A stretch of DNA of 64,000 nt. Source: Calditrichia bacterium (GTDB lineage Bacteria > Calditrichota > Calditrichia > RBG-13-44-9 > J075). This document shows, piece by piece, positions 35,287-46,103 of this stretch (position 1 is the stretch's first letter; each line of letters begins with the position of its first letter). Below the pieces are notes generated by a model. It did no database searches. It worked only from the letters and a program-made list of their open reading frames with translations, and was not told where the DNA came from. The stretch spans positions 57,252-121,251 of the forward strand of contig JANQQU010000026.1 in assembly GCA_028284905.1 (NCBI GenBank), in the 5' to 3' direction. A program made the position numbers and the translations under genes.

Positions 35287-36153
35287 ATGGCCGCAACACA
35301 GCGCTTGTTGGAATTACTCGCTCTTGAGCAGATTGAAGTAAATCTATTTCGCGGGCAAAGTCATAGTATTGGATCAAAAAGAGTATTTGGTGGCCAGGTG
35401 TTGGGTCAGGCCCTGAGCGCTGCCGCGCAGACGGTGGAAATCGCCGATCGCTACGTCCATTCGCTGCATGCCTATTTCATTTTGCCCGGCGACGTGAATG
35501 CGCCAATCATTTATAATGTGGATCGGATGCGCGATGGCGGCAGCTTTACCACGCGGCGGGTTACCGCGATTCAGCATGGTGCGGCGATCTTCAACATGGC
35601 GGCCTCTTTCCACAAGCATGAGGATGGATTTGAGCATCAGGATGAACTACCGGATGTGCCCTTTCCGGAAGAGCTTTCCGATGCCAGCGACGTGCGCAAG
35701 CAACTGGCAGCTTTAGCCCCGGAAAGCATGCGTTCGCTTTTTGAAGAGAACTGGTTGATCGATTCCCGCATGGTTAACCCGATTGATTTGCAAAATCCGC
35801 AAAAAGAAGACCCGGTAAAATACGTCTGGTTTCGCTGCCGGGAAGCGCTGCCGGATGATATTTTTATGCATAAATGCGCCCTGGCATACGCCTCCGATTT
35901 CAATTTACTCACCACCAGTCTGCAACCCCATGGTGTGTCTTTTATCCATCCCAAACTACAGATCGCCAGCCTGGATCACGCCATCTGGTTTTATCATACC
36001 TTTCGCGCCGATGACTGGCTGCTATACGCGCTGGAGAGCCCGGTGGCAGCGCATGCCCGGGGACTTAGCCGCGGCCATATCTATACCCGTGAGGGCGTGC
36101 TGGTGGCGTCGGTTGTGCAGGAAGGGTTGATTCGTTTGCGGAAAGATAAATAG
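35287..36153 (+). CDS. tesB: acyl-CoA thioesterase II
   Basis: Double hot-dog architecture collinear with TesB (…LFRGQSH…GGQVLGQAL…). Confidence 0.8.
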   Translation: MAATQRLLELLALEQIEVNLFRGQSHSIGSKRVFGGQVLGQALSAAAQTVEIADRYVHSLHAYFILPGDVNAPIIYNVDRMRDGGSFTTRRVTAIQHGAAIFNMAASFHKHEDGFEHQDELPDVPFPEELSDASDVRKQLAALAPESMRSLFEENWLIDSRMVNPIDLQNPQKEDPVKYVWFRCREALPDDIFMHKCALAYASDFNLLTTSLQPHGVSFIHPKLQIASLDHAIWFYHTFRADDWLLYALESPVAAHARGLSRGHIYTREGVLVASVVQEGLIRLRKDK

Positions 36154-37362
36154 CTAATACAACGGATAAACATCTACCATTTCACCGGCAGCTAAATCTG
36201 CCTCAACATCAAGCAAAATAAATCCACGCGCATCGGAAAGGGAAGTGAGCATATGCGATCCCTGCTTTTCCAGCGGGTAGACCTGCGGATTTGCCGGTTT
36301 ACTTTCCCGGTCGACCGTTACCCGGAAAAGCTGTGCACGGGAAATTTTATTATGAATTGGCACTGCCAGCTGCGCTTTTGTGCTCGGCCGTTCGAAGCTT
36401 TCTCCGCTCAAATAGCGGATTACCGGATTGATGTAATATTGAAAGCACATGAAGGCGGAAACTGGGTTGCCGGGAAGACCGAAAAGTAAAGTGCCATCTT
36501 TCCGCGCAAAGAACAGCGGTTTGCCCGGCCGTTGCCGTACTCGCCAGAAGAGCGTTTCAAAGCCACAATCCGCTGACACTTGTTTAACCAGATCGTGCGG
36601 GCCGACCGACACACCTCCGGAAAAGATAACAATATTGCTCTCCGCCATTCCCTGCTGTAGTGCGTTCATCGTCGCATCATAATCATCCCCGACCCGCGCG
36701 ACATGACTAACTTCACCTGCGGCCATGCTTATTGCAGTCTGGAGCATCGGGCTGTTGGAGTCGCGAATTTCCCACGGTTTCGGCAGGCGATCATAGGCGA
36801 CCAGCTCACTGCCGGTCACAATTACCGATACTTTCGCGGGATGAAACACCGGCACCATGGTAATCCCCTGCGAAGCCAGCAAAGCGATTTCCGCCGGGCC
36901 TAATTTATTGCCGGCCGTTAGCAACGGAGCGCCACTCTTAAATTCCTCGCCTTCAAAACGAATATGCTGATGTTGTTTCTTGGCACTTTTTATCTGAACA
37001 ACTGCGTCCTGCACTTCTGTTTCTTCCTGGGGAACGACGGCGTCCGCACCTTCACAAATCATAGCGCCGGTGCTGATACGGGCTGCCTGCCCGGGCTGAA
37101 GAACGCCGCGAAAAGGAACGCCAGCCTGGCTTTCTCCGGTGAGGGAAAGAGAGACCGGTTTATCTGCTGAGGCTGTTTTAATATCCGACCAACGCACCGC
37201 GTATCCATCCATCGCACTGTTGCTGTAACGGGGAGAAGGCTCCACGGCAATAATATTCTTGGCGAGAATTCTCCCGGGCAATTGATCCATGCCGAGGTTT
37301 TTAATCTGGCGGACCGGTAAATTTTGCCGGATAATATTTTCAGCTTCCTTTATCGAAATCAT
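36154..37362 (-). CDS. moeA: molybdopterin molybdotransferase MoeA
   Basis: SAMDGYAV motif and MoeA domain order. AGGAG RBS lies before the internal ATG at 37362; the longer ORF to 37407 lacks an RBS. Confidence 0.85.
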   Translation of the reverse strand: MISIKEAENIIRQNLPVRQIKNLGMDQLPGRILAKNIIAVEPSPRYSNSAMDGYAVRWSDIKTASADKPVSLSLTGESQAGVPFRGVLQPGQAARISTGAMICEGADAVVPQEETEVQDAVVQIKSAKKQHQHIRFEGEEFKSGAPLLTAGNKLGPAEIALLASQGITMVPVFHPAKVSVIVTGSELVAYDRLPKPWEIRDSNSPMLQTAISMAAGEVSHVARVGDDYDATMNALQQGMAESNIVIFSGGVSVGPHDLVKQVSADCGFETLFWRVRQRPGKPLFFARKDGTLLFGLPGNPVSAFMCFQYYINPVIRYLSGESFERPSTKAQLAVPIHNKISRAQLFRVTVDRESKPANPQVYPLEKQGSHMLTSLSDARGFILLDVEADLAAGEMVDVYPLY

Positions 37363-37409
37363 CTTAACTCCTGTGGAGGTGGGCAGTAAACAGACTTTTG
37401 CCGGCAACT

Positions 37410-37832
37410 TTAATCAAGGCGAATGCCAAATTTCTCCAGTAACTGTGCCGGGGTTAATGCTTCTATCGGTGAGTTCTTATAGCCGTCGAGATCCCAGGTG
37501 ATCAGATGGTCACACTCGGCAAAACGGGCAATGCTGGCGACAACGGCATGTTCGAAATCAACCATATCCAGGGTGCGGGCGTCCATGAAGAGATTTTTAT
37601 CCTGGCTGGCAATTTCGAAATGAACCAAGAACCAGTCGACCATATCATAAGCTTGCTGCATGGAAGAATTTTCGGAAACCGTTTTAAAGATATAATGAAG
37701 ACAATGCGCCGGCAAAACACCGGACAACTCTTTGACCATCACTTTACTCATTACCGCTGAGGAGGCCGGATGAGTGGCGGAGTCTTTCCGGATAACATCC
37801 AGTAGCACACTGAGATCCAGTAAAACTCTCAT
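37410..37832 (-). CDS. PIN-domain (VapC-like) ribonuclease
   Basis: N-terminal MRVLLDLSVLLDV with acidic residues in PIN positions. About 140 aa. Lies immediately upstream of moeA. Confidence 0.6.
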   Translation of the reverse strand: MRVLLDLSVLLDVIRKDSATHPASSAVMSKVMVKELSGVLPAHCLHYIFKTVSENSSMQQAYDMVDWFLVHFEIASQDKNLFMDARTLDMVDFEHAVVASIARFAECDHLITWDLDGYKNSPIEALTPAQLLEKFGIRLD

Positions 37833-38075
37833 GACGAAATACTCCCGTCAAAATGAAAATGTCGGTAATTGACGGCGGCATGCAAAGTGTTCACCGCCAC
37901 TAATGCAGGGGGAATGAAACCCTTTTTCCAGGAGGAGCGCCTGGCGGCAGGAGATAGTTCCGGATGTGCAGTACTCGATTCAGACATTAAATTTGTTTTG
38001 CCTGGTTGAACATCTTATTTAAAAATTGCAATTGTAGTAGGTACCAAATATAGAAGATTCTCCGGTTAATTGAAA

Positions 38076-38543
38076 TCATTTTTCATCGGAATTCGTCAGT
38101 TCGAGTTCCTTGCGCATAACGATTGCATTTTCACCGTCTTTGTAATATCGTTTCCGCATACCAATATCGCGAAACCCGTATTGCTGATAAAGCGTCCGGG
38201 CACGCGTATTCGATTCCCGAACTTCCAGCAGGGCGTGATCTGCCATGGTCGCTTTACTGAGCATATAGTCCAGCAGGTATTTGCCTAGTCCCTTTCCCTG
38301 ATGTTCCGGCATAATCACTATTGTGGCAATATGATATGTCTCGAAAAGATCCCAGGCAACGCAGTGCCCGATAATTTCTTTCTGATATTCCATGACCACG
38401 GGAATTGCAAAACGATTTTGTTTCACTTCGAATTCATAATTTCGGCGCGACCAGGGCGTTAAGTAAACACGCTTTTCAGTTGCCAGCACAATGTCCAGAT
38501 CCTCGATCGTCATGGGACGAATAAGAACGTCTTCGCTTTTCAT
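38076..38543 (-). CDS. rimI: ribosomal-protein-alanine N-acetyltransferase (GNAT)
   Basis: GNAT acetyl-CoA motif (QGKGLGKYLL). Overlaps the tsaB stop, the classic tsaB-rimI arrangement. Confidence 0.8.
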   Translation of the reverse strand: MKSEDVLIRPMTIEDLDIVLATEKRVYLTPWSRRNYEFEVKQNRFAIPVVMEYQKEIIGHCVAWDLFETYHIATIVIMPEHQGKGLGKYLLDYMLSKATMADHALLEVRESNTRARTLYQQYGFRDIGMRKRYYKDGENAIVMRKELELTNSDEK

Positions 38544-39244
38544 GAAACGCCCTTAAATGCCCGCATATAGAGCGGTTCGCAGGTAGTAAGGTCGGAGAAT
38601 TCTCTTGATTGAAATTTTTGATAACCGATGGTCAGCAGGCTCCATATTTCCGGTTGAGCGGCAGCCGGGGTTATCATTTTCGAGGCTGCTGGGAGGTGTT
38701 CATCCAATAGCGGATAAAGCTTTGCTGCATCTGCGCCGGTCAGCAGCAGGGGACTTTCGCTTAACGTTTTAATATCGCCCGGAGCAAGTAACTGATCGTC
38801 GCGTATTTTTATCATTTCATCATTTTGCCATTCATAAACAGCGGCAAAAATTTCCCCGCGCCGGGCGTCGATAACCGGCATCACCGGGTTTGTCTGCACA
38901 CCGGCCTGATAGGCCCAAACGTCCAGCGTCGGCACTTCGATGATGGGAATGTTCAGTGCGTGCGCCAATCCTTTTGCCAGACTGTAACCAATGCGCAAGC
39001 CGGTAAAGGAGCCCGGACCGGCAGAAAGGACAATCGCAGAAAGCTGCGGCATTTCTATGCCTGCGGTCGTGATCGCCTGTTCAATTAGCGGGGCTAACTC
39101 CCGGGAATGGATGTTCGGAATATTAACGGCAAAGTTGCAGATTAAATCCTTATCTCCGGAGATGCCCACGGCGCAAGTATTGCCACTGGACTCAATGCCA
39201 AGCAGGTAAGCTGGAGATGCAGATTTTTCTTTTGCGGGTTTCAT
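38540..39244 (-). CDS. tsaB: tRNA threonylcarbamoyladenosine biosynthesis protein TsaB
   Basis: YeaZ/TsaB N-terminus (…GIESSGNTCAVGI…GPGSFTGLRIG…). Confidence 0.85.
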   Translation of the reverse strand: MKPAKEKSASPAYLLGIESSGNTCAVGISGDKDLICNFAVNIPNIHSRELAPLIEQAITTAGIEMPQLSAIVLSAGPGSFTGLRIGYSLAKGLAHALNIPIIEVPTLDVWAYQAGVQTNPVMPVIDARRGEIFAAVYEWQNDEMIKIRDDQLLAPGDIKTLSESPLLLTGADAAKLYPLLDEHLPAASKMITPAAAQPEIWSLLTIGYQKFQSREFSDLTTCEPLYMRAFKGVS

Positions 39245-39265
39245 AACTGAAATCTATGATAAGCA

Positions 39266-39295
39266 TTCCGGATTTGCAAATATGCAAATCCGGAA
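39266..39295. promoter_or_regulatory. perfect 30 bp palindrome (ttccggatttgcaaatatgcaaatccggaa) between typA and tsaB
   Basis: Could be a hairpin terminator for typA or an operator for the tsaB-rimI promoter. Confidence 0.35.
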
Positions 39296-39307
39296 ATACG
39301 CTTTTTA

Positions 39308-41128
39308 TTAAAACTGATGCAGTGGTTTGTTCTGGCGTGCCCGCTTGCGATCATTTTCATCGAGATGAATTTTACGCAGGCGGATAGATTCCGGGGTAAT
39401 TTCTACCAACTCATCATCGTTGATGAATTCCAGGCTTTCTTCCAGACTAAAGATCGTTGGAGGCGCCAGCTTCAGGGAGCGATCGCTGCCCGCTGCCCGC
39501 ATGTTGGTAAGCTTTTTACCACGCTGGATATTGACTTCCAGATCTTTATCCTTATTGTTTTCCCCGATAATCTGTCCCTTATAGATTTGATCACCCGGGG
39601 CAATAAAGAAACGTCCGCGATCCTGCAGAGAATCAATTGCATAGGCGGTTGCCTGACCATCGGCCATGGAAATGAGCGCGCCGCTCTGCCGCTGGGGAAT
39701 GGAGCCTTTGAAGTATTCGTACTGGTAGAAGCGGTGATGCATAACGGCTTCTCCCGATGTTGCAGTCAACAAACGGTTTCTCAGGCCGATCAATCCACGA
39801 GAGGGAATATGAAATTCCAGGTGCTGAATTTCGCCTTTTGGCTCCATCTTCACCAATTCGCCACGTTGTTGCCCGACAATCTCAATGGCCTTTCCGGAGA
39901 AATCCGAGGGCACATCGATAATAAGAATTTCCACCGGTTCCGCTTTTTTGCCGTCGATTTCTTTATAGATTACTTTCGGTTGTCCAACTTGTAGCTCGTA
40001 TCCTTCCCGGCGCATATTTTCCATCAGGATAGACAGGTGGAGAATACCACGGCCATATACTTTGAAGCTATCCGGTGATGGGGTATCTTCCACCCGAATC
40101 GCAACATCACTTTTCATAGCGCGGAAGAGGCGGTCATGGATTTGCCGGGAGGTAACAAATTTACCTTCCTTGCCATAGAATGGGGAGTTGTTCACCATAA
40201 AGGTCATGCTCATGGTCGGCTCGTCGATGGCGATCAAGGGCATTGGTTCTGGAGTCTCCTGATCAGCGAGTGTATCACCGATATCGACATCCTCGACGCC
40301 GATCACCCCGCAAATATCACCACTGGCAACCGAATCGACATATTTTTTATCTAACCCTTCGAAAGTGTAGAGCTTTTTCACTTCCGCTCTATGGCTGGAG
40401 CCGTCGCGCTTGAGCAGCAGCAGTTTTTCGCCGTCTTTAATCTCACCACGATACACCCGGCCAATCCCGATACGACCAACATAATCGTTATAATCGATAG
40501 AGGTAATTTGTAACTGCAGCGGCCCTTCAATCTGCTTGGGAGCGGGCACCTGCTCGATAATCTTTTCCATCAGCGGTTCCAGGCTAAGGCGATCGTCAGT
40601 CAGTTCATCCACTGCCCAGCCGTCGCGGCCACTGGCATAAATGGTTGGGAAGTCCAGCTGGAAATCGTCCGCATCCAGTTCCAGGAAGAGATCGAAAACT
40701 TCTTCCAGCACTTCTTCCGGGCGATTGTCCGGGCGATCCACTTTGTTGATAACTACGATTGGCTTCAGTCCCAGGCTCAGCGCTTTTTGCAGCACGAAAC
40801 GGGTTTGTGGCATCGGGCCTTCAAATGCATCGACGAGCAGCAGAACGCCGTCGGCCATTTTAAGCACGCGTTCTACCTCGCCACCAAAGTCGGCGTGGCC
40901 AGGCGTATCGATCAGGTTGATTTTAACGCCTTTGTAGTCAATAGCAATGTTTTTGGAGAGGATGGTAATACCGCGCTCTCTTTCCAGATCGTTAGAATCC
41001 AGAAAACGTTCCTGCACGGTTTGATTTTCCCGGAAGATGCGTCCTTGTTTCAGCATCTCGTCTACCAGGGTAGTTTTACCGTGATCAACGTGGGCAATAA
41101 TCGCAATATTTCTTATGTTATTTTCCAT
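39308..41128 (-). CDS. typA: translational GTPase TypA/BipA
   Basis: [11 protein letters not shown]1 motif, DTPGH, NKVD, and BipA-specific C-terminal domain. Confidence 0.9.
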   Translation of the reverse strand: MENNIRNIAIIAHVDHGKTTLVDEMLKQGRIFRENQTVQERFLDSNDLERERGITILSKNIAIDYKGVKINLIDTPGHADFGGEVERVLKMADGVLLLVDAFEGPMPQTRFVLQKALSLGLKPIVVINKVDRPDNRPEEVLEEVFDLFLELDADDFQLDFPTIYASGRDGWAVDELTDDRLSLEPLMEKIIEQVPAPKQIEGPLQLQITSIDYNDYVGRIGIGRVYRGEIKDGEKLLLLKRDGSSHRAEVKKLYTFEGLDKKYVDSVASGDICGVIGVEDVDIGDTLADQETPEPMPLIAIDEPTMSMTFMVNNSPFYGKEGKFVTSRQIHDRLFRAMKSDVAIRVEDTPSPDSFKVYGRGILHLSILMENMRREGYELQVGQPKVIYKEIDGKKAEPVEILIIDVPSDFSGKAIEIVGQQRGELVKMEPKGEIQHLEFHIPSRGLIGLRNRLLTATSGEAVMHHRFYQYEYFKGSIPQRQSGALISMADGQATAYAIDSLQDRGRFFIAPGDQIYKGQIIGENNKDKDLEVNIQRGKKLTNMRAAGSDRSLKLAPPTIFSLEESLEFINDDELVEITPESIRLRKIHLDENDRKRARQNKPLHQF

Positions 41129-41563
41129 TTTTCAAGCTTGTTTTTTGTTCATCGTATAAAATAATTTATTGAGCATCGCCGCTTGAAACCGGCGGCAGCA
41201 TTCCGGGCGTAAATATCGAACTGGTGTAGTATATACAGGTAAACCGGAAGTATATATGCATGACAAATCGATATAAAAAATTCAGGCTTCAGTGTACCTT
41301 AAATTGAGCCCGGCAGAAGAAAACGCCATCGCCGGCGAAAGTCAAGCGAAATATTATTTGAGAGGAAGTCAATGCTTGCATAAACCGGCGTAAAGGCTTA
41401 ATATTGAATGCTAAGCTACAGTTAAAATGTTCCGGTTGTCACATATCTCCAAAAAAATCAATAAAAACCGGGGATTATGGCAACCAAATGACTTTTTATG
41501 TAGTCTAAAGTAAGATAGGGGATTAGAAGGAAATATTAATGCAGTTAAGAACAGGTATGGGCG

Positions 41564-44401
41564 ATGAATCTTTTTGAAGAACGTCCCAACCATTTTAGAA
41601 TCTTATTTGGCGCTGTAGCGGCGCTGCTGGTAATACTTGCTTTTGTTAATTTTTTTCGTGATGCAGCTTCCTCGACGGATGAGAATCGATTCCGGGATAC
41701 CCGGGGAAATCTGTATGTTACCCGTAATATCGCTGCTCAGCCGATCAGCAGCATTGCTGTTGATGCCACCAACCCGATAACATCTGGCGGGCAGGACTCG
41801 ATTCTTGTTGGCGATATTATTGAGAGTGTCGACGACGAGTTCTTCAATTATGCCGAGGATTTGCAGGATTTTCTCGCTACTCAGGCAGATGATGCTGTTT
41901 TGGAAGTTGGTGTTTTCCGGACAATAACCGCCGAACGGTTATTCTATACCCTGCCCATCGCCAATCTGAGCGATAGCACCTACCGCACGATTCCTATTTC
42001 AGTTTATATCGTAGAAGTAACCGAGGGTGGCGCATCGGATCGCGCCGATATCCGGGTCGGTGACCTGGTTTTACGCATCAATAATCAAAGTTTCAAAGAC
42101 CGTCATGAAGCGGACAAAATCATGCGTTTTGCCCGGGCGGGTAAATCGATCAACTACGAGATTCTCCGAAATAATCAAATTCTCTCGAAAAATGTTATTC
42201 TGGCAACCATCGGGATTCAACTGGCGACGGTGCTGGTTTTTCTTTGTGGATTGCTGTTTGTAGCTAGTGGTGCCTTTATCGCATTGCAGCGGCCGCGATA
42301 TATAGCTGCGCGTTTGATCGGCTGGGGATTCTTGTCGATCGGTTTCTTTTTGATGGTGTTTTATCAAAGCGGCAAGTTTGATGATTGGGTGCAGTCCTTT
42401 ACCAATTTCTTGAAGCTGGCATCATTTCTGATGATCCTGCCCCTCTCCCTGCATATCAGCTTTCATTTTCCGCAGGAGCGTATCAACGAGAATTGGCGAA
42501 AGTGGGTGCTTTTGGTGGCCTACTTGTTACCAATGTTATTTTTTGTGCCCTCGCTTTGGGGGAATCTCAATTTTGTACAAATTGGCACTATTACGATTCT
42601 CATCCTCTTTATTGTGACCGTCATAATTCTCTGGAAGTATTCCTCCAAGGAATACAAAAAGCTCAATCGGATTGTCAACAGAACCGGCTGGTTCGTCGCA
42701 CTTTTTAATGTTGCCTTCATGATATTCATGCTCTACACCGGGATGCTGGATAATAATGACCGCTCTTTACTGATCTTTAGCATGGCATTCAGTTTCTCCC
42801 TCGCACTCATTCCATTGGCATATCTTTACACTATCGGGCATTATCGATTGCTGGATATGGACCTGCGCGTGCGGCGAAACATTCAGTATAACATCGTTTC
42901 CATCATCTGGTTGCTTGCACTGGTGTTTATTCTCTTCAATGTGCTTGCCTCTCTCCCGGGCATAGATCTCGATCTGCCGAATGTGAAGTTCGAAGGTGCG
43001 TCGATTGAAATTATGGATCAACCGCTGGATCCGGAAGAGAAAAACGCCATGGAGAAAGGTGTTATAATCCTGATCACCATCGCTTTACTGTGGTTCTTTC
43101 TGAGAACCCGCCGCCGTGGTCAGCAAATTATTGATAAGAAATTTGACCGAACAGAATATGATTACCGCCGGGCAACCACCGAGCTGGGTGAAGTGATGAA
43201 TGCCCAGTTTGCTGTGCAGGAAGACCTCGCGGAAGGCATCGTAAACAAATTGGCGGAATTGATGCAACTGCGCCAGGTTGGCGTGATTTTTTTCCGGAAT
43301 GAAAACGAATCCTGCGGCAGCGCGGTGTATGGTATATCGGAAGAAAAATGGGCCGGCTTTCATCAAAATATCGATCAGCAGATGATCCGCTTGATTCAGC
43401 GAAACCGGGCGGACTACCGTTTTAGTGCGGATTACTTGCCGGAAGATATACAGGGCCCCTTTATCGATGCGGGGTTCCGTCATATTATTGCCATCCGTTC
43501 GAAAAACCGCCTGGTTGGGGTGTTGGTTGTTGGCGAGAAGCGCTCCGAATCACCATTCAATAAAGAAGACCTGGTATTTCTGGCGGCGGTATCGAAGCAA
43601 ACTGCGGTCGCTATCGAGAACGCTTTTCTCTATGAAGAACGCGCCGAGCAGCAGCGCTTGCGCCACGAACTTGAGATTGCCCGTAGAATCCAGATTTCCT
43701 CGCTCCCGCAAACCCACCCGAAAATTGACGGACTGGATATTGCCGGCATTTCCATTCCCGCCCAGGAGGTCGGTGGAGATTATTTTGATTACCTGAACGG
43801 GAAAGTCGGGGAAATAATGGTGGTTGTCGGGGACGTTAGCGGGAAAGGCACTTCGGCGGCATTTTATATGTCGAAAGTGCAGGGAATTATGCGTTCGCTC
43901 AGTCATTTCGGTTTGACCCCACGGGAATTGTTTATCCGGGCAAACCAGCTCTTGATCAATGACCTGGAAAAACAATCCTTTATTACCGCCGTCGGTGCTT
44001 CCTTTAAAGCGGAACAACGTCGTTTGCATTTTGCCCGTGCCGGCCATTCACCGGTATTCTATTATAAAGCGAAAACTGGCGATGTCTCAATGCTGACCCC
44101 AAAGGGAATGGGCCTGGGGCTGACCGGATCGAGCCGTTTTGAAAATTTACTGGAAGAAGAGGAGATCGCTTACGAAACCGGCGATATTTTCCTGTTTATC
44201 ACCGATGGCATTACTGAGGCGCATAACATTACCGGTGATGAGTTTGGGGATGAACAACTATTCGATCTGCTCAGCGAAAGCAGCAACAACAGCGCGAAAC
44301 GGATTCGTGACCATATTATCGCCGCCGTCAATCGCTTCTCGGAAAACACCCACCAGCATGATGATCTCACCATCGTTGTGGTCAAAGCAACCGACGCCTG
44401 A
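41564..44401 (+). CDS. membrane sensor PP2C-family Ser/Thr phosphatase (SpoIIE/RsbU-like) with PDZ-like, multi-TM and GAF regions
   Basis: C-terminal PP2C/SpoIIE motifs (…GGDYFDY…VVVGDVSGKG…ITDGITEA…DDLTIVVV). About 9 TM helices mid-protein and a GAF-like region. Confidence 0.8.
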   Translation: MNLFEERPNHFRILFGAVAALLVILAFVNFFRDAASSTDENRFRDTRGNLYVTRNIAAQPISSIAVDATNPITSGGQDSILVGDIIESVDDEFFNYAEDLQDFLATQADDAVLEVGVFRTITAERLFYTLPIANLSDSTYRTIPISVYIVEVTEGGASDRADIRVGDLVLRINNQSFKDRHEADKIMRFARAGKSINYEILRNNQILSKNVILATIGIQLATVLVFLCGLLFVASGAFIALQRPRYIAARLIGWGFLSIGFFLMVFYQSGKFDDWVQSFTNFLKLASFLMILPLSLHISFHFPQERINENWRKWVLLVAYLLPMLFFVPSLWGNLNFVQIGTITILILFIVTVIILWKYSSKEYKKLNRIVNRTGWFVALFNVAFMIFMLYTGMLDNNDRSLLIFSMAFSFSLALIPLAYLYTIGHYRLLDMDLRVRRNIQYNIVSIIWLLALVFILFNVLASLPGIDLDLPNVKFEGASIEIMDQPLDPEEKNAMEKGVIILITIALLWFFLRTRRRGQQIIDKKFDRTEYDYRRATTELGEVMNAQFAVQEDLAEGIVNKLAELMQLRQVGVIFFRNENESCGSAVYGISEEKWAGFHQNIDQQMIRLIQRNRADYRFSADYLPEDIQGPFIDAGFRHIIAIRSKNRLVGVLVVGEKRSESPFNKEDLVFLAAVSKQTAVAIENAFLYEERAEQQRLRHELEIARRIQISSLPQTHPKIDGLDIAGISIPAQEVGGDYFDYLNGKVGEIMVVVGDVSGKGTSAAFYMSKVQGIMRSLSHFGLTPRELFIRANQLLINDLEKQSFITAVGASFKAEQRRLHFARAGHSPVFYYKAKTGDVSMLTPKGMGLGLTGSSRFENLLEEEEIAYETGDIFLFITDGITEAHNITGDEFGDEQLFDLLSESSNNSAKRIRDHIIAAVNRFSENTHQHDDLTIVVVKATDA

Positions 44402-44487
44402 TCGCCACGTTCATTTCTTATCTTTAAAATTTTTCTTCTCATCCATCGTATCGGATAAATGATGATTTCATCTCGGTTGCAAGCGAT

Positions 44488-44522
44488 CAACGAACAACGG
44501 ATAACGAACAACGAACAACCGA
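44488..44522. repeat. aacgaacaac tandem repeat
   Basis: caacgaacaacggataacgaacaacgaacaacc. The same motif recurs at 56054-56070. Confidence 0.6.
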
Positions 44523-44595
44523 ATTACTATTTACATGCCATTTGATTATTACCCTCCGAAACCGTAAACTCAGCTTTTAAAAGTGCGAGGCGTTT

Positions 44596-46077
44596 ATGAG
44601 CGAAACCGGTTTGTACTATTGGCTGGCATTCTTGAGTTATAGCGGACTTGTCGTCGGTATGGGATTCTATATCTGGAAACGGCGGCGCGGGCAAACAGTA
44701 ACGGCAGATAACCGGGCTTTTTGGGCGGCCGATACAAATCTTTCCGGATGGGCATCCGGATTATCGATTTCCGCCAGTATGATGTCAATTAGCTGGTCCT
44801 GCGTATACGGCGTGCAGCTGTTTTACTGGTATGGCATTGGGGCGGCATGGCTCCTGATCATCCCCTGGTTATTGACAATGGCCGGTTTTTGGCTACTGGC
44901 GCCAATGTTCCGAAAACTGAAAGCCTTCTCCCAGCCGGAATTGATTGAAAAACGCTTCGGTACATTCAGCCGGCAGTTGCTGGCACCGGCCCTGATTTTT
45001 GTATTCATCGTTTGGGCCGGGGCGGAAATTTATGCGGCTGGAATCACTATTGCCCCTTTTCTGGAAATATCCGTCAACAGCACACTGTTTTTGATTGCCC
45101 TGGTCGTTGCGCTATACAGTTTTACCGGCGGCTTCGAAGCGGTGGTTTCTACGGATAAAATTCAGTTTGCGCTGGTGGCGTTGTTTGTGACCGTTATGGC
45201 GAGTATTGGCTGGAATGCGCTCGGAACACTTTCCGGTGATACGGACTTCTTAACCGCCACCCGGTTGGCCCCAAACACCGTGGAAGGAATGCCCTGGTAT
45301 TTCTCCCCAGGAATTGCGTTCATAGCCATGACTTTCCTGGCGTATTTGCCCGGCTGGTTGGTGGAAACGGATATCTGGATTCGCATGCAAGCAGCGAGAT
45401 CTGACAAGGAAGCCCGGAAAGGTATCCTGATTGCCGGGGTCAACTCGCTGGTATTTGTCGGCATTATGCCGATGGTGATCGGATTGTCTGCTTTGCTGCT
45501 TTATCCCCCGGTGGATAGCGTTACGCCGGAACGGCTGGGCGAAGGTGCGCTAATATTCAACGCATTGATGACGGATTTTACCCCGCCCTGGTTAAGTGTC
45601 TTGTTGGGAATTGGCCTGGTCGCTGCGGCGATGTCTACAGTGGATACTTGCGGCAATGTCGTGGCACTTTCCGCTTCTTACGACCTGGCCGAGCCACAGC
45701 TGAAAAAACGCTGGTCCCCGGCGCAATTGAATACTTTTTCCCGCTGGATGTCTGTCGCAGCAATAGTTGCCGCCTACATATATTCCCTGAATACCGATTC
45801 CCTGCTGGATATTTTTTATCTCTCCTCGGGAATCCTCACCACAACTGTTTTTCTACCGGTAATAGCGGTTTTTATTCCCGGGGCAACATCCCGGCAGGTG
45901 AATGCCGCAATCATCTGTGGATTTCTCGGAACGCTGCTATTTTACTATCTGGAATCCCGGCAATATATTACCAGTTTCGAACCGCAATGGCTAATCGATG
46001 CCCAGGTAGGTTATATCTTACTTGGCTTTCTTTCAGGATTAATCGGGTTTTTACTTGCCGGTTGGCCGAAAAAGTAA
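44596..46077 (+). CDS. sodium:solute symporter family transporter
   Basis: 12-14 TM helices with SSF pattern. Confidence 0.75.
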   Translation: MSETGLYYWLAFLSYSGLVVGMGFYIWKRRRGQTVTADNRAFWAADTNLSGWASGLSISASMMSISWSCVYGVQLFYWYGIGAAWLLIIPWLLTMAGFWLLAPMFRKLKAFSQPELIEKRFGTFSRQLLAPALIFVFIVWAGAEIYAAGITIAPFLEISVNSTLFLIALVVALYSFTGGFEAVVSTDKIQFALVALFVTVMASIGWNALGTLSGDTDFLTATRLAPNTVEGMPWYFSPGIAFIAMTFLAYLPGWLVETDIWIRMQAARSDKEARKGILIAGVNSLVFVGIMPMVIGLSALLLYPPVDSVTPERLGEGALIFNALMTDFTPPWLSVLLGIGLVAAAMSTVDTCGNVVALSASYDLAEPQLKKRWSPAQLNTFSRWMSVAAIVAAYIYSLNTDSLLDIFYLSSGILTTTVFLPVIAVFIPGATSRQVNAAIICGFLGTLLFYYLESRQYITSFEPQWLIDAQVGYILLGFLSGLIGFLLAGWPKK

Positions 46078-46103
46078 TGTATAGGGGCGAATAGAGCGGG
46101 TAC

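Noticed and set aside
37833-38000. 55-codon ORF (minus strand) overlapping the PIN gene start as VapB-type antitoxin
   Set aside because: Low-complexity Ser/Ala/Pro-rich sequence with no RHH, AbrB or Phd signature. Kept only as a note in findings.
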